NCBI GenBank assembly: GCA_049970055.1
Contig: JBMFNR010000002.1
Span: forward strand, 404,406 to 468,405
DNA: 64,000 nt
Direction of reading: 5' to 3'
Source: Fervidobacterium sp.
GTDB lineage: Bacteria > Thermotogota > Thermotogae > Thermotogales > Fervidobacteriaceae
Shown: positions 10,206-21,024 of the stretch, in pieces
Layout of the letters: the number at the start of each line of letters is the position of its first letter
Numbering within the stretch: the stretch's first letter is position 1
Translations under genes and position numbers: made by a program
The notes under the pieces: model-generated
What the model was told of the DNA's origin: nothing
Databases searched by the model: none
What the model saw: only the letters and a program-made list of their open reading frames with translations

Positions 10206-11531
10206 GTGCATAGATATGTTCCTCACACACCAGAAGAAATAAATCGGATGCTTATGGAAATAGGTGTTAATAGTATAGATGATTTGTTTATCGATGTGCC
10301 AAAGACTATTGATGGTTATAACATTCCAGAAGGTAAAGATGAATTCACCGTTAGGAAAATTATTGAAAATATTGCTAAAGAAAATGTGGAATTCAATCCC
10401 GAGAATGTCTTTCTTGGGGCAGGAATATACTATCATTATATACCAACGGTGGTAAAGCATTTGGCCTCGAATCCAAACTTTGTCACTGCTTACACACCTT
10501 ATCAAGCGGAGGTTTCGCAAGGAACACTCCAGATGCTTTTTGAATACCAAACAATGATGTGCGAACTAACAGGAATGGAAGTATCTAATTCGTCGATGTA
10601 CGATGGTGCAAGCGCTTTTGCGGAAAGCTTGCTCATGGCAACACGTGTGACAGGAAAAACGAAAATGCTCGTTGCAAGGACGATAAATCCAGAGTACAAA
10701 ACCGTTGCAAGAACGTACACAAAACCTCAGGGGATAGAGATTTACGAGGTAGAATACGATAAAAGCGGGCGAGTTGATATTGGAAAATTAAAATCGATGA
10801 TAGATGAACAGACAGGGGCTGTTGCCGTTGCGTATCCGAACTTTTTTGGTGTTATTGAAGATTTAAAAGCCATTAGAGAAGTTATACCGTCAAATGTTTT
10901 GTTCATTGTTGTAGCCGAACCTGTATCTCTTGCTTTGCTTGAAGCCCCTGGGAAGTTCGGTGCAGATATTGTTGTCGGAGAAGGTCAATCGCTCGGTGTG
11001 ACCCCGAATCTTGGAGGGCCTGGAATAGGTTTCTTCACAACACTTGAAAAACATGTTAGAAAGATGCCAGGAAGAATTATAGGTGAAACAAAAGACTTGG
11101 AAGGAAAGAAAGGATACGTAATGATCCTTCAAACAAGAGAACAACATATTCGAAGAGAAAAGGCAACATCGAATATTTGTTCAAACCAAGCTTACATAGC
11201 TTTGATAAACGCGATTTACATGTCTGTAATGGGGCCTGAGGGTTTAAAAGAAGTTGCAAAAAGGTCGTACAACAACGCACATTATCTTGCTCGTAAACTT
11301 GAGGAAAAAGGTTTCACACGATTATTTGACGGAGAATTTTTCAATGAATTTGTTGTAAAGGTGCCTGAAAATTACCGGGGTAAGTGGCATGATATGGTAA
11401 AAGAAGGAATACTTGGCCCAATTCCGATAGATAGAGTTTACAAAGAACTTTGGCCAAGTGCGTTGGTATGCTCGACGGAAGTCAACACAAAAGCCTCCAT
11501 AGAAAGATTAGTTGAGGTGATGTCAAAATGA
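10206..11531 (+). CDS. gcvPA: Glycine dehydrogenase subunit 1
   Basis: [50 protein letters not shown] start after SD GAGGGG. Confidence 0.95.
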   Translation: MHRYVPHTPEEINRMLMEIGVNSIDDLFIDVPKTIDGYNIPEGKDEFTVRKIIENIAKENVEFNPENVFLGAGIYYHYIPTVVKHLASNPNFVTAYTPYQAEVSQGTLQMLFEYQTMMCELTGMEVSNSSMYDGASAFAESLLMATRVTGKTKMLVARTINPEYKTVARTYTKPQGIEIYEVEYDKSGRVDIGKLKSMIDEQTGAVAVAYPNFFGVIEDLKAIREVIPSNVLFIVVAEPVSLALLEAPGKFGADIVVGEGQSLGVTPNLGGPGIGFFTTLEKHVRKMPGRIIGETKDLEGKKGYVMILQTREQHIRREKATSNICSNQAYIALINAIYMSVMGPEGLKEVAKRSYNNAHYLARKLEEKGFTRLFDGEFFNEFVVKVPENYRGKWHDMVKEGILGPIPIDRVYKELWPSALVCSTEVNTKASIERLVEVMSK

Positions 11532-12964
11532 CAATATTTGAAAAATCAACAGTTGGTAGAAAAGGTTACGAATTACCAGAATATGATATTCCCGAGGTGG
11601 AATGTAGTATCCCAGGGCATCTGCTAAGAAAAGAGAAGCCATACCTTCCGGAAGTATCGGAAGTGGATGTCGTAAGGCATTACACAAACCTTGCTCTTAA
11701 AAACTACTCAGTTGACAAAGGGTTTTATCCACTGGGCTCTTGTACGATGAAGTACAATCCAAAAATCAACGAAGATATGGCATCACTGTTTACAAGATTA
11801 CATCCGATGCAACCAAAAGAGACGATCCAAGGTGCCATTAAACTTATGGGACATCTTAAGGAGCTTCTTTGTGAAATAACAGGTACCGATGATATGACAC
11901 TGCAGCCAGCAGCGGGTGCACATGGTGAATTGACAGGTTTGTTGATTGCAAGAGCGTACTTTGAAGATAAAGGGGAGCTAAGTAAAAGAAGAAAGCTACT
12001 CGTTCCAGATAGTGCGCATGGAACAAACCCGGCATCTGCGGCCATGGCAGGTTTTGAAGTGATAGAGCTAAAGTCAGGCCCAGATGGTTGCGTGAACCTT
12101 GATGAACTTAAAGCTCATCTTGATGAAAGCGTAGCGGTCATAATGCTTACGAATCCCAATACACTTGGTCTGTTTGAAAAAGACATACTTACGATCGCAA
12201 AACTTGCTCACGACGTTGGGGCCCTTCTTTACTACGATGGTGCAAACCTAAATGCTATTATGGGAAGAACAAGACCTGGGGATATGGGATTTGATATAGT
12301 TCATCTTAATTTACACAAGACATTCAGCACACCACATGGAATGGGTGGGCCGGGAAGTGGTCCAATAGGTGTTAAAAAGCATCTTGCTCAATTCCTGCCT
12401 GTACCCGTTATCAAGAAAAGCGGTGACAAATATGACCTTGATTATACCTTACCAAAGAGCATTGGCATGGTCAGAAGCTTTTATGGAAACTTTACCGTAA
12501 TGGTAAAAGCGTATACCTACATCCTTACAATGGGAAACAAAGGCTTGAAACATGTAAGTGATATGGCAGTATTGAATGCGAACTATTTAAGAGTTAAGTT
12601 ATCGAAGTTGTATAAAATAGCTTATGATGGAATATGTAAACATGAGTTTGTTATTGACAACGGAGAGTTCGCCAAAAAAACGGGTGTTAAAACACTTGAT
12701 ATTGCAAAAAGATTGCTAGATTATGGTCTACACGCACCAACGGTGTACTTTCCACTTATAGTTCACGAAGCAATGATGATCGAACCAACTGAAACAGAAA
12801 GCAAGCAAACACTTGATGAGTTTATAAAAGCTATGGAAGAGATCTATCAAGAAGCACTTGAAAATCCAGAGCTTGTTAAAGGAGCACCGTACACAACACC
12901 TGTCAGGCGCCTTGACGATGTAAACGCAACAAAATATCCAGTTTTCAGATTTAAAAGGGCATGA
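11528..12964 (+). CDS. gcvPB: Glycine dehydrogenase subunit 2
   Basis: [43 protein letters not shown] (PLP lysine). Confidence 0.95.
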   Translation: MTIFEKSTVGRKGYELPEYDIPEVECSIPGHLLRKEKPYLPEVSEVDVVRHYTNLALKNYSVDKGFYPLGSCTMKYNPKINEDMASLFTRLHPMQPKETIQGAIKLMGHLKELLCEITGTDDMTLQPAAGAHGELTGLLIARAYFEDKGELSKRRKLLVPDSAHGTNPASAAMAGFEVIELKSGPDGCVNLDELKAHLDESVAVIMLTNPNTLGLFEKDILTIAKLAHDVGALLYYDGANLNAIMGRTRPGDMGFDIVHLNLHKTFSTPHGMGGPGSGPIGVKKHLAQFLPVPVIKKSGDKYDLDYTLPKSIGMVRSFYGNFTVMVKAYTYILTMGNKGLKHVSDMAVLNANYLRVKLSKLYKIAYDGICKHEFVIDNGEFAKKTGVKTLDIAKRLLDYGLHAPTVYFPLIVHEAMMIEPTETESKQTLDEFIKAMEEIYQEALENPELVKGAPYTTPVRRLDDVNATKYPVFRFKRA

Positions 12965-12979
12965 AATAGATAAGAAGGT

Positions 12980-14116
12980 GTGAACATGCATCCAACAGAT
13001 TTGATTGCTCCATCGAGAACTTTGGAAATAGATTCTCTTGCAAAAAAACTCATTTCAGAGGGCAAAGATGTGGTGAATTTAACTGCGGGTGAACCAGATT
13101 TTCCAACCCCAAGGCCAATTGTTGAAAAAGCGATAGAAGCACTTGAAATGGGATACACAAAATACACCGATAGTAATGGTATAATTTTGCTAAGGGAAGC
13201 CATATCGGATTATTTAAAAAAGAAAAAGAATATAGAGTATTCTCCCGACGAAATTGTCGTAAGTAACGGTGGCAAACAGGCGCTCTTTAATACATTTGCA
13301 GCTATACTTGACGAAGGTGACGAAGTAATACTCTTTGCACCATATTGGGTTAGCTATCCTGCCCAGATTATCATGGTAAGAGGTAAACCGGTAGTCGTAA
13401 GGACTTCTTTCGAAAGGCAGTTCATTCCAGCGGCTGAAGAACTACTTAGACATATTACGAAAAAAACCAAAGCGATTGTTATAAATTCGCCTAATAACCC
13501 ATCAGGTGGTGTATACGATAAAGAAACGTTGAAAGTAATAGGTGAGATTGCCAACGAGAAACACATATATGTTATAAGTGATGAAGTTTACGATGATTTA
13601 ATCTACGAGGGAAAGCATAATTCTATGTACGGACTAATTGATGAGGCACTATTAATATACATCAATGCATTCAGCAAATCGCACGCTATGACAGGTTGGA
13701 GAGTTGGTTACAGTGCCACAAAAAACAAAGAAATTAAAAAAAGAATATCTAAAATACAAAGCCATCTTACCTCCAATGTAAATACCATATCCCAACATGC
13801 GGCAATAAAGGCTTGTGAAACTGATAACACTTATATGATAGAGGAATTCAAAAAAAGGAGGGAATTTGTTGTTCAGAAAGCAAGAGAATTTGGATTTACG
13901 TTTATTGAACCCAAAGGTGCGTTTTACCTGTTCTTCAAGGTAAATGGAAGTGATGAAGAATTTTGTAAAAGGCTACTTTCGGAGCAGTTAGTAGCGGCGG
14001 TGCCTGGAAGTGCGTTCGACATGCCAGGATTTGTAAGGATAAGCTTTGCAACGAACATTGAAACACTCGAGAAGGGACTAAGAAGAATAAAAGAATTTAT
14101 GGAAACTTATAAATAA
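12980..14116 (+). CDS. PLP-dependent class I aminotransferase (aspartate aminotransferase-like)
   Basis: GEPDF, NSPNNPSG, SDEVY, SKSHAMTGWRVGY, VRISFA. Confidence 0.9.
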   Translation: MNMHPTDLIAPSRTLEIDSLAKKLISEGKDVVNLTAGEPDFPTPRPIVEKAIEALEMGYTKYTDSNGIILLREAISDYLKKKKNIEYSPDEIVVSNGGKQALFNTFAAILDEGDEVILFAPYWVSYPAQIIMVRGKPVVVRTSFERQFIPAAEELLRHITKKTKAIVINSPNNPSGGVYDKETLKVIGEIANEKHIYVISDEVYDDLIYEGKHNSMYGLIDEALLIYINAFSKSHAMTGWRVGYSATKNKEIKKRISKIQSHLTSNVNTISQHAAIKACETDNTYMIEEFKKRREFVVQKAREFGFTFIEPKGAFYLFFKVNGSDEEFCKRLLSEQLVAAVPGSAFDMPGFVRISFATNIETLEKGLRRIKEFMETYK

Positions 14117-14193
14117 GAGATCTTTCTTTTGAAAAATCACTGGCAGTGTTTTTTTTCAAAGAGTGCAGTATAATATGCCACTGTACACTTGAG

Positions 14194-14221
14194 AAATCCC
14201 CGAGCAAAGCTCGGGGATTTT
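14194..14221 (+). terminator. Rho-independent terminator
   Basis: Perfect hairpin AAATCCCCGAGC-aaa-GCTCGGGGATTT. Confidence 0.75.
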
Positions 14222-14279
14222 ATGTAGCATAGTGCAATAACTTTGCAGTATAGAATTTATCAAACTTGGGGGGATAGAA

Positions 14280-15689
14280 ATGTTTGAGGAGTTAAAATAA
14301 AGCGATTTTTATTTTGCTTTGCTTGTTTTTTTATTTTTCTTCTATTTTATTTCTTAGATCGTTTTCTCAAAGACCAGTAGTTATTTTGGACGTTCGTATC
14401 GAAACCCATGACGACATTCTTGCAGCTTTAGCAGAATCTTCTGTTTTTTCTGGGATCTTTGATTCCAGGCTATTTGAAGTGTCCCTCGAAAATGCCTTAA
14501 AGGTATTTTCCAAAGAAATCCAACTCCAAGATATCTTATCTACGATAAACCAAATTTTCTCAAAGCAAGTCAACCCTCAGGGAAAACTTAGCGTGTTCGT
14601 TCAAATTGGTAAGATCAATAACAAAGAGGAGTATATTGAGTAAGCTGAGAACAATATATCCGGAGATTACATTTTAACATACAACGGATATGTACAAGTT
14701 TACACGGGGATACGTTACAAACTTCAGTACGCAAATGGAAAAACAACGTATGTTCTTGATCGGGAGGGAGATTACGTAAAAGGGGTTGATGGTCAATATT
14801 ACCGTTCGACTAACTTTTACTCGAAAGTGCCACATAGAAATGTTCTTTACAGTATCGATTACAAAATTTCTTACTCATTAAATATCTATGACAAGAAAAT
14901 CGGCGGTGCTTTTTTTCGAGTTTCTCAAATTACCTTGTCCGTCATGGATACGATCCCTACAATAATAGGCTACTCAGAAAGGAAATTAGCACCAACGATT
15001 TTATATCAAAAATTGCAATGGACATTGCACTCAAGTTAAAAGAGGAGTTTAGAAAACAGTTCTCCTTTTTTGGCTCGGTCGGTATTGTTGATAGTGTTAA
15101 GTTTCCGAGATTAATAATAAACATCGGTGGAAATGACGGAGTAAAAATTAATGATAGTTACAAAGTATACGACGATAGCGTGCAAATTGCTGAAATAATT
15201 GTTCGGTAAGTTGGTTCGGATTACAGCGAGTGTGAAATTGTTTACATTGGAAAAGGCGCGGAGATAAAAGTAGGCGACATTGTAAAAATAAGTTCTCCTC
15301 ATTTTGTCTTTCCGATTGGTTTGCGATTAAATTTCTTCATGGATAGAAAACCCAATGTTGAAAGTATAGCTTTTGCCTTGGGCTTTTTAACAAAGGCTTA
15401 TAACGTACATCGCGAAATAACAAGTATGTTAGAATTTGCTGTAAGTTTTGATACTTCAAATTCTACGATCTTTCAAGTTAATTATTTATATAAAATTTTC
15501 GTAGAAAACAGCAATGGTTTGTACCTTTTAGGTGGAATTGATCTTTACCAAAAAGTAGATCAAAGAATCATTGAAGGGGAAGTCGGACTTTTGGCGAAAA
15601 TTGGATTTTTCAACATTAACTTTTCTCTTCCTTTGTATTCACTTACGTCGTTTAATTCATTTCGTGTGGGTGGTGGTTTCATATGGTAA
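14280..15689 (+). pseudogene. Disrupted envelope/outer-membrane protein gene A
   Basis: Fragments 14314-14643, 14827-15039, 15018-15209 and 15321-15689 join across in-frame TAA at 14641 and 15207 plus a frameshift near 15010; signal-like N-terminus; ends GGGFIW. Confidence 0.75.
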
Positions 15690-17301
15690 GAAAATTCATC
15701 TTCGTAATTTTAGCATTACTTTTCACAGCGTACTTTGGAGCAAATATCTACGTGCTGGTGGATAGGAATGTGAGTATTCCCAACGTTTCTGAATTTCTTT
15801 CAAAATTTGAAGATATATTTTCTAATGTACCACCAAACACTGTTAGAGTAGTCCAGATAATCGATTTTGAAAAAGAGACGTTCAATTATAAAAAGGCCGA
15901 GTTCGTTTACGACCCAAGTGGTTGATATCGATATTCAAAACTTTTTTGTAAAATCGCTAACACCAATTATCTCTTCGGGCGATAGCATGCAAGAAGTACT
16001 GGAAAACATTAAAAAGTTCCACTCGGAAACTCAAAATATATATAGTCCATACGAGGTAGGTGTTACTATTTTGTTTGACGAAAAATTTAATAAACTCCAA
16101 AGAATGTATATCTTAAAAGCTTTGCAAAAAGATACCAGGTACAATATCTACGACAGACTTTATCTGGATGAATTATTCAAAACCATCCGCTTAGAAGACA
16201 TACTCGGTAAAGGAGTTTCAGTTCAGTTTCAGAAACGACGTAAACGGGCATTACATTTCCATCAATAACAAGCCATTTCGTGTTGAAGTTGGTAAATATT
16301 ATTCGTACAATTCGAAGACAAATAGTTACGTGTTTGGTATGGAGAAAGGTTACTATGTGAAATATTTTGGAGGTTCATGGGGAAAAAGTACCTACACATT
16401 TCAATCAACTTTTTACGATTACGTTTTCTCAAATGTAGATTATATAGACATTTACATCTCGTTTTTGACAAAAGTATACGATACGCAAAATGGTACACTC
16501 GTTGACGCTAAGAACATTGCAAATTTTCACACCAGAGCATTAAAAGAGCTAGAGGATGCATTTGGGTCGGAATCCGTGAATTCCGAATATCTCGCAAAAA
16601 TTTTTGCGTACGAACGTAATTCTAATGAAGTTCAGAAGAATTTGCAGAAACTTTTCCCACCGTCATCTTTTATATCAAGCGTAGATGGTGACAAAGTAAC
16701 ACTTATATCTGGTGTAAATATTGGTGTTAAGGAAGGGTATAAATTTCGAGTAATCAGCGATGGCTACACGGCAGGTTTTATAAACATAGAGGAAATTTCC
16801 ACCGAGAGCTCCGTTGGAAAAATCTTTTATTTGATACCATATGAAAAAATAAATCCATATACAATTGCCGTGGAGGCTCAAAACTTCCCACAAAATTTTG
16901 GGGGCATCCTTCATCTTTACATATACCAAAGCGGTACCGGAGTATCTTTTGGATACGTAGGTTTCGATATTTACGGTAATTACACACTGGGAATTTCACT
17001 TGGACATTTTAAGGAAACATTCAAAGATAGAATAGAAAGCGCGGAGAGTACCGAAGGCTTTTACTTTGAAATTAACAAAATGATTACCCAAAACATTAGC
17101 TACTTTGTGAAATTAGTTGCATTATCAGATTCGTATTACTTCTCAACAGGTTTTCGCTTGTCTTCATACAATAGAGACAGCGTATTCTCATTTCGAGGTA
17201 TTTATCCTTACATAGAGATCAATGCAAATTTCATAATCCATGGTGCAAGTATTCTCAATAATCTTCCAATTCTGATCATAGGATTAGAAGCAAGCTTTTA
17301 A
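15683..17301 (+). pseudogene. Disrupted envelope/outer-membrane protein gene B
   Basis: Signal peptide MVRKFIFVILALLFTAYFGA; fragments 15683-15925, 15867-16268 and about 16230-17301 in different frames; ends in C-terminal Phe (GLEASF). Confidence 0.7.
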
Positions 17302-17304
17302 TTA

Positions 17305-17332
17305 TTGACAAATATTTCACAAGGAGTATAAT
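17305..17332 (+). promoter_or_regulatory. Consensus sigma70 promoter overlapped by a Rex-like operator
   Basis: TTGACA-16 nt-TATAAT; 17305-17322 reads TTGACAA-ATAT-TTCACAA. Confidence 0.8.
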
Positions 17333-17387
17333 AGATTTGATAAAGGTAGACAAAGCATGTCTATATTTTAAAAGGAGGGAAAATGCA

Positions 17388-18731
17388 ATGAAAAAGTACG
17401 ATGTTATAGTGATTGGTGGGAGTGCAGCAGGATTGGTAGCTTCAATTACCGGAAAGAGTGCTTATCCAGAGAAGAGTTTTCTGACGATAAGAAAAGATAA
17501 AAAAGCGGTTGTTCCGTGTGGAATTCCGTACATATTCCATGAGCTTGATAGTGTGGAGAAAGACTACATGCCGGACGACATGTTCCAAAAACTTGGGATT
17601 GAGCTTCTCATTGACGAAGTTGTGAAAATTGATAAAGAAAACAAAAAAGTCATAACCAAATCCGGCCAAGAGTTTGGATATGAAAAACTCGTTATAGCAA
17701 CAGGTTCAAGACCAAATATTCCAAAAATTCCAGGAGTTGAGCTTGAAAATGTCTTTACAGTACCGAAGAGTGGTGAATACCTTGGTGAAATGAGAAATAA
17801 AATCTCCAACGTTCAAGATGTTGTTATTATTGGTGCGGGGTTTATCGGTGTTGAGGTTGCCGAGCAGCTTGTCAAAGATGGAAAGAACGTGTATCTTATC
17901 GAGATCATGCAACACATCCTTCCAAAAGCGTTTGACGAGGATGTAGCAAGATTTGCAGCCGAAGAACTGGAGAAGATGGGTGTTAAAATATTGACCAATA
18001 GTAAAGTTTCGGAGATATTTGGAAATGGAAAAGTTGAAGGTGTTAAGCTTGAAAGTGGAGAGAGTATTAAAGCTCAGGCCGTTATACTTGCGGCTGGATA
18101 CGTACCAAACACGGAACTTGCAGTTGAATCTGGAATAGAGTTAAATAAATATAAAATGATACGTGTAGACTCTTACATGAGAGTTGTCGATGACCAAGAT
18201 ATCTTTGCTGTCGGGGATTGTGCACAAAAAGTTGATTTTATAACAAGAAGAAGTGTACCTATAATGCTTGCTTCGACGGCTGTAACTGAAGCAAGGATAG
18301 CCGCGATGAACTTATTTGAGCTTTCAACGGTTAGAGAATTTCTCGGTACAATAGCGGTTTTCTCAACAAAAATTGGCAACAAGGCGTTTGGTTCTGCAGG
18401 ACTCATTGAAGAAGAGGCAGAGAAAAATGGATTTGAGATCGTCACAGGCTACTTCGAAGCAGTTGATAAGCATCCAGGCACTCTTCCAAATGCCAACAAG
18501 CAAGCAGTAAAATTAATAGTGTCAAAAGAGTGTGGTACGATACTTGGTGGTGAAGTCTTTGGCGGAGACACAGCAGGAGAAATAATAAATGTTATTGGAA
18601 TGGCTATACAAAAGCATATGACTGTAGCAGAACTCTATACACTACAAATAGGTACACACCCACTCCTAACATCAGCGCCGACAGTATATCCGCTCATAAA
18701 AGCTGCCGAGCAAATACTCTTTAAAAGATAA
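17388..18731 (+). CDS. FAD-dependent pyridine nucleotide-disulfide oxidoreductase (NADH oxidase/CoA-disulfide reductase family)
   Basis: GGSAAG, single redox Cys in VPCGIPY, ATGS, GAGFIGVE, FAVGDCA; SD AGGAGG. Confidence 0.88.
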   Translation: MKKYDVIVIGGSAAGLVASITGKSAYPEKSFLTIRKDKKAVVPCGIPYIFHELDSVEKDYMPDDMFQKLGIELLIDEVVKIDKENKKVITKSGQEFGYEKLVIATGSRPNIPKIPGVELENVFTVPKSGEYLGEMRNKISNVQDVVIIGAGFIGVEVAEQLVKDGKNVYLIEIMQHILPKAFDEDVARFAAEELEKMGVKILTNSKVSEIFGNGKVEGVKLESGESIKAQAVILAAGYVPNTELAVESGIELNKYKMIRVDSYMRVVDDQDIFAVGDCAQKVDFITRRSVPIMLASTAVTEARIAAMNLFELSTVREFLGTIAVFSTKIGNKAFGSAGLIEEEAEKNGFEIVTGYFEAVDKHPGTLPNANKQAVKLIVSKECGTILGGEVFGGDTAGEIINVIGMAIQKHMTVAELYTLQIGTHPLLTSAPTVYPLIKAAEQILFKR

Positions 18732-18757
18732 CGGATAAATCAGTACAAAATCAATAC

Positions 18758-18790
18758 AAAGGCCCCCTTTTGGGGGCTTTATTATTTTTT
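18758..18790. terminator. Terminator between convergent genes
   Basis: AAAGGCCCCC-tttt-GGGGGCTTT hairpin followed by a T-rich tract. Confidence 0.7.
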
Positions 18791-18795
18791 CCTTA

Positions 18796-19347
18796 TCATT
18801 TCTTATTTTTTACTCTACTATAATAATCCAAACTCCATAATCCTTTTTCTTCACTTATTGCCTCCCTTTGAAATTTAACAAAGTAGTGTGCGTATTTTAC
18901 ATTTGGTGGGACAGTCATAACTTGTGCATAACCTTCAAGAAGAAGAATAGCATTAAACATCTTCTCTCTAATTTCCTCTTCGGAAAGTTCATTTGGTTTT
19001 TCTAACCACACGTACGCAAGCAACCTCCCGTATCTATCCTTTGTTTCAGCATCGAATTCAAGCCAAACGCTTTTTCCCGTAAGCATCTCTGTTGTGAATC
19101 TTTTTGCTTCTTTCCCGTAAGGCTCTACTCCTTTCGTTGGATGGTTTGTTTCCGGTGTGTTAATTCCGATCAATCTGACAGTGTACTCTTTCGCATTTAT
19201 CTGTACTTTTATTGTATCACCATCAACAACACGCGTAACATAAGCTTTTTGAAAGTTATCTTTTGATAAAAACATTAGTATTGCGAGTATTACAAAAGTT
19301 GTAACTATGCTAATCAAATGCTTCTCCTTTTTTCTCAACGATCTCAT
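18796..19347 (-). CDS. Thermonuclease (staphylococcal nuclease family)
   Basis: VVDGDT, VRLIGINTPE, DRYGRLLAYV, GLW; N-terminal TM segment. Confidence 0.92.
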   Translation of the reverse strand: MRSLRKKEKHLISIVTTFVILAILMFLSKDNFQKAYVTRVVDGDTIKVQINAKEYTVRLIGINTPETNHPTKGVEPYGKEAKRFTTEMLTGKSVWLEFDAETKDRYGRLLAYVWLEKPNELSEEEIREKMFNAILLLEGYAQVMTVPPNVKYAHYFVKFQREAISEEKGLWSLDYYSRVKNKK

Positions 19348-19469
19348 CCCTCAAATAGACTTTTTCGATCCTTAGAATTTTTATCATCAGCAATTTTACC
19401 TTTCAACAACAAAAATAGAAAAGTGAAGGCCATTACCCGTCATTCCCCCCTTAGTACTTCAAAAGCTAT

Positions 19470-20771
19470 TTATTTAGCTTTAATTGTTGGGAACTGAACT
19501 GTTGTTACCTTTATTAATTTTGCTAATATCTTTGCGATATCCGTGTTATCCATGACTCCTGTAAAGTTCTCAGCACCGGGGCCGTAAGCGTACACAGGAA
19601 CAGGTTGAGCGGTATGATCATACGTTGTCCAACCAAACCCTACTTTAAAGCTTACATACCTTGCCAGTTCTCTTGCCAAGCTATTCGATGGCACCTTACT
19701 GAGATTTTCGTACTCAGCATCGTTCATATTGACTCCGTACCACTCCTTGATTCCAGTGATGAATTTTTCTTTATCGTTTACATTATATTGCTTCAAAAAC
19801 ATCTTCGTTGTACCTTTAGCTTTTCTTGCTTGTTCAACGTTGATGACGTAACCACCCGCGGACAGAGAAAGACCACCCGTTTCATGGTCGCCAAGAACGA
19901 TCACAAGTGTATTACCATCTTTTTTAGCGAAATCAAGAGCTACTTTTACCGCTTCGTCAAATTCGATAACTTCCTTCCAAACTCCATAAAAATCGTTGGT
20001 GTGAGCTTCCCAGTCTATCTGAGAACCCTCAACCATAAGCATGAATGGTTCACCGCCGGATGATAGAATTTCTATGGCCTTTTTCGTCATTAGATCGAGC
20101 CGTGGTTGCGTGGTAGGTCTATCGGAAACAGGGGAAAGTTCGTTTTTAGCGAATAATCCAACAACCTTCTTCGTTGAAGAATCCAATGTAATAAGTTCTT
20201 CCACGGTGGAGATGTACTTGTAGCCTTTTCTCTTTAACTCTTCTATGAGATTCAAGTTATCTGTTCTCACTCCGCCTTCAGCTGTTGGAAGGAACCATTG
20301 CCACCCACCACCAAAAGCTACATCAACAACTTCACCATTTACAAATTGTTTGGCAATACCGACCTCATCACTCCTGTTATTAACGTGAGCGAAAGCAGCT
20401 GCAGGTGTTGCGTGTGTAACTTGACAGGTAACGGCTATACCCATTTTGTAGCCCATTTTTTTGGCCAATTCAAATACGGAAGGTATCGGTTCGCCATTTG
20501 GTAAAACACCAATAGCTCTATTTAACGTTTTGAAACCGCTGAACAAGGCAGTTCCCGCTGGCGCGGAGTCGGTGACCCAAGAGTCCGCACTGTAGGTGGT
20601 TGTTAAGCCTACATATGGAAGAGTCATAATGTTTAGAATTTTACCTTCGAGAATACTTGCAAGGAAAAGTTGATTTGTTGACATACCATCTCCAACAAGG
20701 AAAATCACGTTTAAGGCAAACACCGAGTAGATAATCAGTAAAGACACGAGAGTGAGTACTCTTTTAACCAT
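19470..20771 (-). CDS. phoA: Alkaline phosphatase
   Basis: Signal peptide, VGDGM, VTDSAPAGTA (catalytic Ser), THATPA, EGSQIDWEAH, GDHETGG, HT. Confidence 0.92.
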   Translation of the reverse strand: MVKRVLTLVSLLIIYSVFALNVIFLVGDGMSTNQLFLASILEGKILNIMTLPYVGLTTTYSADSWVTDSAPAGTALFSGFKTLNRAIGVLPNGEPIPSVFELAKKMGYKMGIAVTCQVTHATPAAAFAHVNNRSDEVGIAKQFVNGEVVDVAFGGGWQWFLPTAEGGVRTDNLNLIEELKRKGYKYISTVEELITLDSSTKKVVGLFAKNELSPVSDRPTTQPRLDLMTKKAIEILSSGGEPFMLMVEGSQIDWEAHTNDFYGVWKEVIEFDEAVKVALDFAKKDGNTLVIVLGDHETGGLSLSAGGYVINVEQARKAKGTTKMFLKQYNVNDKEKFITGIKEWYGVNMNDAEYENLSKVPSNSLARELARYVSFKVGFGWTTYDHTAQPVPVYAYGPGAENFTGVMDNTDIAKILAKLIKVTTVQFPTIKAK

Positions 20772-20931
20772 ATTCTCCACCTCCAATATCAGGATGAGAT
20801 TTGGATCTGGATACTGTAAGTATACTACAAAATGTTTATTAACTATTTATTGAAAAATGTAAAATCAATTTTTAGTAGTATAATATCGTCATAAAAGCTT
20901 TCTTCACTTTGTGGATAATGAGGGGTATGCT

Positions 20932-21024
20932 ATGATGGGTAAAATTGCGCTGGGGTTTTTAGCGGTATTTTTGTCACTAGTTGTCTTTCAAATTCAAATT
21001 TTCTTTGCAATAGAAATTAGATAA
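20932..21024 (+). CDS. Unannotated 30-aa hydrophobic ORF (small protein or signal-peptide remnant)
   Basis: MMGKIALGFLAVFLSLVVFQIQIFFAIEIR; SD GAGGGG at 20920-20925; TATAAT at 20879-20884. Confidence 0.4.
   Translation: MMGKIALGFLAVFLSLVVFQIQIFFAIEIR

Noticed and set aside
14641..15209. Stop-codon recoding to explain the in-frame TAA codons
   Set aside because: TAA ends many ordinary genes in this window and the locus also has frameshifts, so decay is the simpler explanation
18796..19347. Nuclease as an anti-phage defence gene
   Set aside because: Ordinary membrane-anchored SNase next to phoA with no defence-type neighbours; nutrient scavenging is more likely
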